64,000 nt of DNA, from the NCBI GenBank assembly GCA_017405765.1, contig JAFQZS010000042.1, positions 687 through 64,686 of the forward strand. Reading direction: 5' to 3'. Shown here piece after piece: positions 55,822 through 64,000 of this stretch. The position numbers and the translations under genes were made by a program. Origin of the DNA: Clostridia bacterium. Lineage in GTDB: Bacteria > Bacillota > Clostridia > Oscillospirales > RGIG577. Positions within the stretch are counted from its first letter, which is position 1. Every line of letters starts with the position of its first letter. The notes beneath the pieces are model-generated. The model was not told where the DNA came from. It made no database searches and saw only the letters and a program-made list of their open reading frames with translations.

Positions 55822-57075
55822 TTATTTTTCGTTCTTCATGGCCTTAAATTGGTCCATTACTTCCGTGAACGCTTCCATGCGCGTTTCAAACTGCGCCTCA
55901 GAGTAATTTCTGAAGTCGGACTGATCGCCGTCGAACGAAACGTAGGGCACGCCGGTCTTCTCAGTTACTCTGCGCTGGAGCTCGGCCTGCTGCATATCCA
56001 TTACCTTGCAGCTTCTGTTCAAATGATAGACCATTCCGTCGCACTTGAACTTAATAAGATCGCGGCTGCGCCGTTCGACGAGCGTCTCTATCGGAACGTT
56101 ATTGCTCGACGTAAACGAATACGCACGCGCAAGGCTGTCAAGGTCGCCGGGGATATAGTCGAGCGCCCACGAGCGCACGTAAGCCGTTGCGACGATGTTC
56201 ATGCCGAGCCGCTTCATCACTTTAAGATTATGCGAAACGTGCGGCCAGCACGCGATGCCCTCCCAGAATATGCGGTACTTCTCTTCCACCGGATACGTTG
56301 AGGTGCCGTTTTTTATATGCTCCTCGATCTCCGAGATGAGCTGCTTCATTATCTCGGTAGTAGAGCGCTTGCCGCGGCAGCATACCATGGCGGACATATA
56401 GTTGAAAAGCTCAAAACCGTTAAGCGGAGCAGGGGTGTTTGAAAGAAGCTCGTTGGCCTTCATCCATAAGTCCTTGTTCTCGCTCGATATTTCCATTACC
56501 TCGCGGAAGCGATCCTGGTCGAACTTTTTGCCGGTAAGCTCCTCGAGCGAGGCTATTATATCGTCCATCTGAGCGCGTATATATTTCATGCGCGTGGGCG
56601 TCACGAATGGCTGATGGTTATATACCATATCGAGCATATACACCGGCACGCCGTACTTATCTCCTATGTTTTCGTACCACTTCGTTACCTGATTGCAGAT
56701 GTTGTTCGCACACAACAGAAAATCGGGCATCGGCATATTATGCTCGGGCAGGTCTCTCGTCTCGATATACGCAAGATTTATCTTCGCATAGGAGCATAAG
56801 TCGTTGTTGTACTCCTGCTCTCCCTCAGCGCGGTTAAGATACGGCTCCGCCTGATGACGCGCCGCAACACCCGCCGAATGGTTCTCCGGGAACACGACTG
56901 TTATGCCGAGCGTTTCGCAGATCTCCTGCGGGAATATCGAAGCCGACCAGCCTATCTTTTCGCCGCGCGCTTTTGCGGCTTCGGCCTCTTTATAAAGGTC
57001 GGCAAGCTGCTGACGCACCATTATGAGCGACTTTGACATGGGGCGCTTCGGCTTTTTTACCTGCTGTTCACTCAT
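55822..57075 (-). CDS. 2-hydroxyacyl-CoA dehydratase family, large-subunit paralog 2
   Basis: 417 aa. Colinear with paralogs 1 and 3 over its full length. Confidence 0.85.
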   Translation of the reverse strand: MSEQQVKKPKRPMSKSLIMVRQQLADLYKEAEAAKARGEKIGWSASIFPQEICETLGITVVFPENHSAGVAARHQAEPYLNRAEGEQEYNNDLCSYAKINLAYIETRDLPEHNMPMPDFLLCANNICNQVTKWYENIGDKYGVPVYMLDMVYNHQPFVTPTRMKYIRAQMDDIIASLEELTGKKFDQDRFREVMEISSENKDLWMKANELLSNTPAPLNGFELFNYMSAMVCCRGKRSTTEIMKQLISEIEEHIKNGTSTYPVEEKYRIFWEGIACWPHVSHNLKVMKRLGMNIVATAYVRSWALDYIPGDLDSLARAYSFTSSNNVPIETLVERRSRDLIKFKCDGMVYHLNRSCKVMDMQQAELQRRVTEKTGVPYVSFDGDQSDFRNYSEAQFETRMEAFTEVMDQFKAMKNEK

Positions 57076-57109
57076 TGCGGATTCTCCTTATACTTCGGAT
57101 TTTACGATA

Positions 57110-58369
57110 TCAGCCTTTCTTTGCTTCTCTTATTGCCTTATGCTGATCCATTATCTCGGTAAACGCCTCCATACGCGTCTCGAACTGCGCCTCGGAGTAA
57201 TTTCTGAAGTCGGACTGGTCGCCGTCGAACGAAACGTAGGGTACGCCCGTCTTCTCTGTAAGTCTGCGCTGTATCTCGGACTGCTGCATAGCCATTACCT
57301 TGCAGCTTCTGTTCAAATGATAGATCATGCCGTCGCAGTTGAACTTGATAAGGTCGCGGCTGCGCCGTTCAACGAGCGTTTCTACCGGCGTGTTGTTCGA
57401 CGGCGTGAAGGTGTACGCCTTTATAAGGCTGTCAAGGTCGCCGGGAACGTAGTCGAGCGCCCACGCGCGCACATAAGCCGTCGCTACGATGTTCATGCCG
57501 AGCCGCTTCATCGTCTTGAAGTTATGCGAGAAATGCGGCCAGCACGCGATGCCCTCCCAGAAGATGCGGTACTTCTGCTCTCCGGGATACGTGGAATCGC
57601 CCTTCGCTATATGCTCCTCTATTTCGGAGATGAGCTGCTTCATTATCTCGGTAGTGGAGCGCTTGCCTCGGCAGCATACCATTGCCGACATATAATTGAA
57701 AAGCTCAAAGCCGTTAAGCGGAGCGGGGCTGTTTGCCATAAGCTCGTTCGCCTTTATCCAAAGGTCCTTGTTCTCCGCCGATATCTCCATTACCTCGCGG
57801 AAGCGGTCCTGGTCGAACTTTTTGCCCGTAAGCTTCTCGAGCGACGCGATTATATCGTCCATCTGAGCGCGAATATATTTAAGGCGCGAATCAGTAACGA
57901 AGTTCTGATGATTGAACGACATATCGAGCATATATACGGGAACGTTGTATCTCTTGCCGATATTTTCGTACCACTTTGTTACCTGGTTGCAAATGTTGTT
58001 CGCAATAAGCATGAAGTCCGGCAGCGGCATATTGTTCGCTTCAAGATTTCTCGTGTCGATATACGACAGGTTTATCTTTGCGTAAGAGCATATGTCGTTG
58101 TTGTACTCAAGCTCGCCCTCGGCGCGCTGAAGGAACGGGTCCGCCTGATGACGCGCCGCAATGCCTGCCGAATGGTTCTCGGGATAGAGCACCACGAGAC
58201 CAAGCGTCTCGCAGATCTCCTGCGGGAATATAGATGCGGCCCAACCGATCTTTTCACCGCGTGCTTTTGCCTCTCCCGCTTCCGTATAAAGGTCGGCCAG
58301 CTGCTGGCGCACCATGATAAGCGATTTTGACATGGGCCTCTTCGGCTTTTTTACCTGCTGTTCACTCAT
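57110..58369 (-). CDS. 2-hydroxyacyl-CoA dehydratase family, large-subunit paralog 1
   Basis: 419 aa. Colinear with paralogs 2 and 3 over its full length. Confidence 0.85.
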   Translation of the reverse strand: MSEQQVKKPKRPMSKSLIMVRQQLADLYTEAGEAKARGEKIGWAASIFPQEICETLGLVVLYPENHSAGIAARHQADPFLQRAEGELEYNNDICSYAKINLSYIDTRNLEANNMPLPDFMLIANNICNQVTKWYENIGKRYNVPVYMLDMSFNHQNFVTDSRLKYIRAQMDDIIASLEKLTGKKFDQDRFREVMEISAENKDLWIKANELMANSPAPLNGFELFNYMSAMVCCRGKRSTTEIMKQLISEIEEHIAKGDSTYPGEQKYRIFWEGIACWPHFSHNFKTMKRLGMNIVATAYVRAWALDYVPGDLDSLIKAYTFTPSNNTPVETLVERRSRDLIKFNCDGMIYHLNRSCKVMAMQQSEIQRRLTEKTGVPYVSFDGDQSDFRNYSEAQFETRMEAFTEIMDQHKAIREAKKG

Positions 58370-58446
58370 TACAAAACCTCCCTGATATTTATTTTATAAA
58401 TAATATTTTTAATATTGCTTCTGCTGCCTTTATACTGATGTGCGCA

Positions 58447-59064
58447 CTATCTTATCCTCGGAAGCTTCCAGCGATAATGCGCGGCTATGATGCGAAGGAT
58501 CACGATGACCACCGCTCCGATGAACATGGCCGGCACCTCGCCTAAAAAGCGCCACAACACCACGCATACGACGGCGCCTATCAAAGACGCAGTCGCGTAG
58601 AAGTGCTTTACGAAGATGAACGGTATATCCTTTGCCAGCACGTCTCTTAAAATGCCGCCGCCCACTCCCGTTATGACTCCTACCGATACGATAAGAAACG
58701 CATTCGCTTTAAGATCTGCCGAATACGCGACCTGCATACCGCTGACAGTAAATATTCCCAGTCCTATCGAATCCATCCACAAGAGCACCGTCTCATAGCT
58801 TTTCGGCATACGCCTAAACAGGCGCAGCGCCTCAAGCGTGAAGACGGCGACGCCCACGCCGAACGCCGTAAGCGCGTAGACGGGAGCCCGAAACGCCGTC
58901 GGCGGCGTGACGCCCAATATAACGTCGCGTATTATCCCGCCGCCTACGGCCGTAGCCATTGCGAGGATAGTTACGCCGAAGACGTCCATTTTCTTCTGTA
59001 TGCCCACCAAGGCGCCCGATATGGCGAAGGCTATGGTGCCGATGATCTCAAGGAAGAATATCAT
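58447..59064 (-). CDS. TRIC/UPF0126-family (YadS-like) membrane protein
   Basis: 205 aa. Seven predicted TM helices with the duplicated glycine-rich motif GGGIIRDV / GGGILRDV. Confidence 0.8.
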   Translation of the reverse strand: MIFFLEIIGTIAFAISGALVGIQKKMDVFGVTILAMATAVGGGIIRDVILGVTPPTAFRAPVYALTAFGVGVAVFTLEALRLFRRMPKSYETVLLWMDSIGLGIFTVSGMQVAYSADLKANAFLIVSVGVITGVGGGILRDVLAKDIPFIFVKHFYATASLIGAVVCVVLWRFLGEVPAMFIGAVVIVILRIIAAHYRWKLPRIR

Positions 59065-59125
59065 TTTTTAACACCTGCCGTTTTAAAACGCGATGACGTA
59101 CGCATCTTTTGAAAAGGCGGCCGAT

Positions 59126-59926
59126 TTATTTGCTCTCTTTTGCTTTTTTCTCCTTTAAAAGCTCATCCCATGCAAAAAGCGCCGCTCCCAGCGCTCCCGC
59201 AAGCTGACAATCCTCGGGAACGGTGATCTTATGGCCGATCTCTTTTTCCATTGCGCGTACAATGCCCTTATTTCTTGCAACGCCGCCGCTCATAACAACG
59301 TCGTCTATAACGCCTACGCGTAAAGCCTGACCGCTTACTCTCTTTGCTACCGAAGCATGTATGCCCGCTATTATATCCTCGATCTTTTCTTTTGAAGAAA
59401 GCCTGGATATTACTTCGGATTCCGCAAATACGGTGCATGTATTGTTTATCGTTATCTCCTTCGTAGAAAGCTCGGATATGTCGCCCATATCCTCGACCTT
59501 TACGTCGAGCACGCGCGCCATAACGTCCAAGAATCTGCCCGTGCCCGCCGCGCATTTGTCGTTCATAACGAAGTTCATAAGCGCGCCGTTCGGCGCAAGC
59601 GACAGCGCCTTCGCGTCCTGTCCGCCTATATCTATTATAGTGCGCGCCGTGGGCACGAGAAAGCGTATGCCCTTCGCATGGCACGATACTTCGCTTATCT
59701 GACGCTTTGCAAACTCAAAGCTGTAGCGCCCGTAGCCTGTGGAAAGCGCATAATCTATCTCGTCGGTCGTGATGCCTGCCATTTCAAGCACCGTATCGAA
59801 TACCGTCTGAGCGCCGCTTGTACCGGTGCCGAGCGGGATTATCTTTTTTGCGAGGATCTTTTCCCCGTCCTCCAAAAGAACGGCCTTAGAAGTGGTCGAA
59901 CCTATGTCAATGCCGAGTGTTATCAT
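59126..59926 (-). CDS. Radical-enzyme activase (HgdC/HadI-type ASKHA ATPase, BcrAD_BadFG family)
   Basis: Start refined to ATG 59926 (GGAGG SD 5 nt upstream), giving 266 aa. LGIDIGSTTSKAV phosphate-1 motif, IIDIGGQDAK, and CAAGTGRFLD carrying the cluster-ligand Cys. Confidence 0.88.
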   Translation of the reverse strand: MITLGIDIGSTTSKAVLLEDGEKILAKKIIPLGTGTSGAQTVFDTVLEMAGITTDEIDYALSTGYGRYSFEFAKRQISEVSCHAKGIRFLVPTARTIIDIGGQDAKALSLAPNGALMNFVMNDKCAAGTGRFLDVMARVLDVKVEDMGDISELSTKEITINNTCTVFAESEVISRLSSKEKIEDIIAGIHASVAKRVSGQALRVGVIDDVVMSGGVARNKGIVRAMEKEIGHKITVPEDCQLAGALGAALFAWDELLKEKKAKESK

Positions 59927-59990
59927 TTCTTCCTCCGTATTTATATTTTTATACAATTTGTTGCTTTTTTAATGACGTAAATACATAATC

Positions 59991-60019
59991 ATTATACTAT
60001 AAATATAAATTCTTGTAAA
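59991..60019 (-). promoter_or_regulatory. Promoter of the activase-dehydratase operon
   Basis: Minus strand reads TTTACA (60019-60014), a 17-nt spacer, then TATAAT (59996-59991). Confidence 0.65.
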
Positions 60020-60039
60020 TACAAATTGTGAAAATAATA

Positions 60040-61089
60040 TTAAGAGAATCTATCTTTTCCCGCCGCCGCCTTTATGCGGCTCCATATGAAATAGAGAATA
60101 AAAGGCACGCTGTAGCAAACGAGAGCGCGCACGCCTATAACGGCAGAAAGCCGCACGATCCCCTGTCCGTCCAAGAATCTCTGCGCAGCTGTCAAAAAAA
60201 GGCTGTGCGCCAAAAACACGAAAAACGAACTTCGGTAGATCGCAGAAAGCGTTTTCTTTATAAGTTCGTGCGCCGACAAAAGCGAGACTGCTATAAAGTG
60301 GAGAACTAATATCGACAGCACGTCTGCTATGAGCTTTACGTTCAGTATATCAAAGGGAGTCGCGTATCCGAGAAGCCTTATGTAATATATCCATGCATAT
60401 ATAAGTATAAGCGCGATGCATACTACCTTGTCCCATTTTTTCGTTGTGAGCATTTCAAGCGTCCTGTCGTAATTCTTTCCGGCGTAAAGCCCCAGTACCC
60501 AGAACACGATATAAGTAAGAAAGATCCTGTCGCCGTAGGGGAACGATATGCCGAGCGCCCAGGTTATATCAGGATAATATTCTAAAAAGAACCATATAAG
60601 AAGCGAGACTGCCAGCGAAAGATAAAAGGGCACGCGGCGCATTACCCATACCCATAGCGGCATCAAAAGATAAAACTGCATTATAATGATGACATAATAA
60701 AAAGGAGCGGCCAGAGAGCCCGAGAACAGGTAGGAAAAGAATTCCCCCACGCCGCCTTCAACATACCCTATTGCGAGGAAGCAAAAGTAATATATGCACA
60801 CCCATACGGCGTAAGGAAGAAATATCTTCTTTATGCGCCTTAAAGCGTATCTTAGATATACGGCTCCCGTAACGCGCTTATTCTCAAACTGCATGGCCAT
60901 TTTCACGGCTCCCGTATATAAGAAAAGCGGCACTACAAAGGCCGCGATCCTCCACGGGAAATATATAAGCGCCGACTGCCACGACATCGTGTCTATCCGC
61001 TCAATGCCCACCGACAGCACGTGAATGAGTATCACGAGAAGGCAGGCTATGGCGTTCATATAGTCTAATTCAACCGTTTTCTTGTTCAT
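60040..61089 (-). CDS. Acyltransferase-3 family membrane O-acyltransferase
   Basis: Start refined to ATG 61089 (MNKKTVELDYMNAIACLLVILIHV, typical Acyl_transf_3 start). About 10 TM helices. Confidence 0.75.
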   Translation of the reverse strand: MNKKTVELDYMNAIACLLVILIHVLSVGIERIDTMSWQSALIYFPWRIAAFVVPLFLYTGAVKMAMQFENKRVTGAVYLRYALRRIKKIFLPYAVWVCIYYFCFLAIGYVEGGVGEFFSYLFSGSLAAPFYYVIIIMQFYLLMPLWVWVMRRVPFYLSLAVSLLIWFFLEYYPDITWALGISFPYGDRIFLTYIVFWVLGLYAGKNYDRTLEMLTTKKWDKVVCIALILIYAWIYYIRLLGYATPFDILNVKLIADVLSILVLHFIAVSLLSAHELIKKTLSAIYRSSFFVFLAHSLFLTAAQRFLDGQGIVRLSAVIGVRALVCYSVPFILYFIWSRIKAAAGKDRFS

Positions 61090-61498
61090 TTTCGTTCTTC
61101 CACACGTCGGGCGCGCTATCCCAATCAAATTCGGCGTCCTCGTCGAATGCGGGCGCGTCGGCAAGTATCTTTTTTGCGCGCTCAAGCTCGTTTTCGGGCA
61201 CTATGACGTACACGCCTATGCTCGTCATGCCGGTAAAAATGCTTACGTACTGGCTCGAGCCCTTGTAATATTTTCTCGCCGGTATGCCGTAAAATCCGAG
61301 TACGGATATCATCTGGTCCGCTTGCATATCGCCCGTGTTCTTTTCAAGCACTGCCCATGTGGAAACGTCGTCGCGGGCTATCCACGGCTTTTTCGGGGAC
61401 AGTTTTTCATGGCAGGCGGGACATTCGGTCATATCGGGCTCGAATTCGCGGCCGCATTTTACGCAGTATTTCGGTTTAGACTGCTTCAAGAGCGTCAC
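61070..61498 (-). CDS. Zinc-ribbon + DUF2007-like small protein
   Basis: 142 aa. CVKCG...CPAC ribbon, then a region resembling the PII-like putative signal-transducing fold. Overlaps both neighbours, which suggests translational coupling. Confidence 0.5.
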   Translation of the reverse strand: MTLLKQSKPKYCVKCGREFEPDMTECPACHEKLSPKKPWIARDDVSTWAVLEKNTGDMQADQMISVLGFYGIPARKYYKGSSQYVSIFTGMTSIGVYVIVPENELERAKKILADAPAFDEDAEFDWDSAPDVWKNENEQENG

Positions 61499-62423
61499 TC
61501 TCCTTCAATCTGTAATAGAGCGTGTTGTCTTTGAAAAAGTATTCAAACACGCCGCTCAGAACGAAATTATTCGCCATGGAATGTATCATTATTCTCGCCG
61601 TGCTGTAATACGCCAGATTTTCAAGATGCAGACGCACGTCGCCCGCCACTTTCGTAAGAAGGTCGTCAAGATGCACCGGCATACGCGCCGCTTTTTTCAT
61701 GCTTGTCTCAAGTCTTTTCGTCATTTTAAAGTAATACTCCCCCGCAAGGCGCGCATCGTCGAAAGCGGTCCCGTGGGCGGGTATGTATTTTATACATTCG
61801 GTCTCCATTATGCGCTCGATCGAGCGGCTCATCGCCTCGGGCGAAGTAACGTACATGACCTTGTTTCTCCTCATTGATTCGGGGTCCAAAAGCGCGTCGC
61901 CCGTGAAGAACACGCCGTCGCATATAACGCCTATGTGGCCGTCGGAGTGGCCCGGAAGCGACACCGTGCGAAGCTCTCTGCCGTCAATATTTATCGTGCT
62001 GTCGGCCTCTATTACGACAGGCTCCGTCTTTTGAAGGCTTCCGAAGTCCTCGAGGCCGTTCTTTAACGGCAGCACCATCTCCGAGAACAACACGTGGAAC
62101 ATATTCTCCGTGCCGCGCATAAAAAGCGACTCGAAGAGCGTACAGTATATGGGACAGCCCGTGCGGTCGGCGATGTATTTATTCGCTCCGGCGTGGTCGA
62201 GGTGCGCGTGCGTGTTTATTATGGCGGCGGGCTTCTTTCCGATGCGCTCAAGCTCCGAAAGTATGGCTCTGCCCTGCTTTTCTCCCCATCCTGTATCTAT
62301 AAGTATGACGCCGTGATCGCTCATTATAAGTCCCACGTTAGTGAACAGCTCCAAATATCCGAGCTCGACGCCCTCGAAGCTTTTTATATATCCGACTCTG
62401 TCGGTTATCATTTCAATAGCCAT
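61476..62423 (-). CDS. MBL-fold metallo-hydrolase (paralog 1)
   Basis: 315 aa. THAHLDHAG (HxHxDH) motif and a downstream PGHSDGH. Confidence 0.85.
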   Translation of the reverse strand: MAIEMITDRVGYIKSFEGVELGYLELFTNVGLIMSDHGVILIDTGWGEKQGRAILSELERIGKKPAAIINTHAHLDHAGANKYIADRTGCPIYCTLFESLFMRGTENMFHVLFSEMVLPLKNGLEDFGSLQKTEPVVIEADSTINIDGRELRTVSLPGHSDGHIGVICDGVFFTGDALLDPESMRRNKVMYVTSPEAMSRSIERIMETECIKYIPAHGTAFDDARLAGEYYFKMTKRLETSMKKAARMPVHLDDLLTKVAGDVRLHLENLAYYSTARIMIHSMANNFVLSGVFEYFFKDNTLYYRLKESDALEAV

Positions 62424-62436
62424 AACAAATCTCCCG

Positions 62437-63372
62437 TCACGCTCTCGTTTTGAGTTTTGCTTCCCTGATCTCGCCGGGCATAAGCTTTTTATAATAAAAC
62501 ATATTGTCTTTTACGATATAATCCATGGTATCATGCATTACGCAGTCGTTCAAAACGCATTGTATGGTCACGCGCGCCGTGTTGTAGGTGCGAAGGTCGC
62601 GAAGCCTGAGCGCAAGCTTTGTCGAAACATGCTGTACCGCCGTATCAAGCGTTACGGGGCCGTTCTCAAGCGCCTCGCGCGTAAATGTTTCGATGCGCGA
62701 CAGCATCTCCACCATCATGTCGCAGGCCTCGTTCGGGTCTTTTACGGGCGAGCCGTGCGAGGGCACATACAGATCGTAGGACGATTCGCGTATGCGGGCA
62801 AGAGTTTCAAGCTCAAGCGTCGGATTTGTCATGTATATAAGCTTTCTGGGGCGCATCCAGTCGGGGCCTACTATCGCGTCGCCGCAGAAAAGGATATTGT
62901 CCACGGCTATGGCCACATGACCGTCGGAATGACCGGGCGTCGATATTATATCAAACGTCACGCCGTCTATCGTCACTTGTCCGTTATCGGGTATCACGCT
63001 CAGCTTGGTGGGATTTAAGGCCTCCGATATCCCCAGTCCGTCCATGATCGGGTTTGGGCATCCCGTAAAAAGCGCCGGAAAAAGCTGCTTTGCGCCTCTC
63101 ACCATAAGAGATTCGTAAAGCGTGCAGTATACGGTGCAGTCCGTCTCCTTATAAAGAAAATAATTGGCTCCCGCATGGTCAAGATGCGTATGCGTGTTGA
63201 TTATAGCAATAAGCTTTTTGTCTATTGCCTCAAGCTCCGCAAGTATCTCGCGTCCCTGCTTTCGCCCCCAGCCGTTATCTATCATTATAACGCCGTTGTC
63301 TGAGAAGACAACGCCGTCAACCGTAAGTTCACCCGTAAGCCCTACGCGGGGCGTAAGCATTTTAATTGCCAT
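62437..63372 (-). CDS. MBL-fold metallo-hydrolase (paralog 2)
   Basis: Start refined to ATG 63372 (MAIKMLTPRVG, parallel to MAIEMITDRVG of paralog 1). THTHLDHAG and PGHSDGH motifs. Confidence 0.85.
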   Translation of the reverse strand: MAIKMLTPRVGLTGELTVDGVVFSDNGVIMIDNGWGRKQGREILAELEAIDKKLIAIINTHTHLDHAGANYFLYKETDCTVYCTLYESLMVRGAKQLFPALFTGCPNPIMDGLGISEALNPTKLSVIPDNGQVTIDGVTFDIISTPGHSDGHVAIAVDNILFCGDAIVGPDWMRPRKLIYMTNPTLELETLARIRESSYDLYVPSHGSPVKDPNEACDMMVEMLSRIETFTREALENGPVTLDTAVQHVSTKLALRLRDLRTYNTARVTIQCVLNDCVMHDTMDYIVKDNMFYYKKLMPGEIREAKLKTRA

Positions 63373-63520
63373 AACGCAAAATCCTTTCATAATTAAAAAC
63401 ACATTCCTATTTAATATAATAAAACAGTAATTAAATGTCAAGCAAGCCTTAAATATAACGCCTTGAAGCGCGCACAAAAACATGATATATTATAATAAAC
63501 GTCTAAAAACGGAGGACGAT

Positions 63521-64000
63521 ATGGAAAACAACAAAAAATACGCAAAGCCGCGCACTATAGAAGAGCTTCTCGCCTTCTGCCGCGACAAGGGAATGCCCCT
63601 TGAAAAAATGCGTTTTTTCATAGGAGAGGACTATCGCGGGGCTGAAGCATTCGGCATATACAGGGACGACGACGGCGATTTTGTAGTATATAAAAACAAA
63701 TCCGACGCAAGCCGCGCCGTGCGCTACAAGGGGCCCGACGAGGCTTACGCAGTGAACGAAATATACGAAAAAATAAAGGCGGAAGCGGAGCTTCGCAAAA
63801 GAAAAACGCATATGTACCGCGCAGACGTCTCCCGCGCCGAGCCGTCGTACACCGCGCGCGCGTCAAGCAGTATGCCTAAGACGCCGAAGCTTAGGAAATT
63901 TAGGGGACTTATAATATTCGCCGTCATAGCCGTTCTGATAATCGCCTTCGCACATCTGGACAAGTCGCCCTCAAGAGGATATTATCACTACAATAACAAC
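63521..64000 (+). CDS. Membrane-anchored protein of unknown function (5' part; runs off the window)
   Basis: Absent from the ORF track because there is no stop in-window. ATG 63521 follows a GGAGG SD. 160 stop-free codons (MENNKKYAKPRTIEELLAFCRDKGMPLEKM...) with a TM helix GLIIFAVIAVLIIAFA. Confidence 0.7.
   Translation, partial: MENNKKYAKPRTIEELLAFCRDKGMPLEKMRFFIGEDYRGAEAFGIYRDDDGDFVVYKNKSDASRAVRYKGPDEAYAVNEIYEKIKAEAELRKRKTHMYRADVSRAEPSYTARASSSMPKTPKLRKFRGLIIFAVIAVLIIAFAHLDKSPSRGYYHYNNN

Noticed and set aside
57023-58330. Very long antisense ORFs opposite well-supported genes. Examples: 57023-58330 (435 aa), 55699-56301, 54675-55076, 53545-54270, 14903-15742, 16547-17359, 17572-18354, 19635-20399, 46080-46655 and 23991-24578.
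   Set aside because: They lie entirely inside genes with strong motif support on the other strand. They have Arg/Leu/Val/His-rich, low-information translations and lack SD sites. This is typical of shadow frames caused by the codon bias of the real gene.

Overview
This looks like a chromosomal segment of a Firmicute, probably Clostridia-like. That taxonomy is inferred from GGAGG Shine-Dalgarno (SD) sites, a T-box leader, and SLH, dockerin and BspA-type LRR surface proteins. Core genes are gap (partial), tatD, metG, a nadA-nadB-nadC-niaR operon with a palindromic operator over its -35, a Leu T-box-controlled ilvC-leuA-leuC-leuD-leuB operon, ftsK, ygiQ and tRNA-Leu(UAG). Five accessory regions stand out. 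(1) An 8.6-kb integrated element (34136-42712) is bounded by a perfect 32-bp direct repeat of the tRNA-Leu 3' end. It carries a tyrosine integrase, a divergent cI/cro-like switch, an Xis-like gene, a wHTH initiator, 4x23-bp iterons, a DnaB-like helicase, two sigma-like regulators, an RHH-controlled accessory module and two candidate small RNAs defined by promoter plus terminator. It has no recognisable virion, packaging or conjugation genes, so it may be satellite/PICI-like. A nested tRNA-derived repeat scar follows it. (2) One operon encodes a radical-enzyme activase, a TRIC-type membrane protein, three tandem highly similar 2-hydroxyacyl-CoA-dehydratase-family large subunits and only one small subunit. 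(3) A translationally coupled LuxE/LuxC-like pair sits next to a three-gene exopolysaccharide module (clan GH-A lipoprotein, HEAT-repeat membrane protein, processive GT2 synthase). (4) Four secreted proteins share a roughly 65-aa terminal module, and one also carries dockerin-like and cohesin-like modules. (5) A zinc-ribbon protein has a long Q/M/G-rich and RPTQ-repeat tail. I saw no CRISPR array, reverse transcriptase, rRNA or IS element. All functional calls rest on motifs read by eye from the translations. No database search was run.
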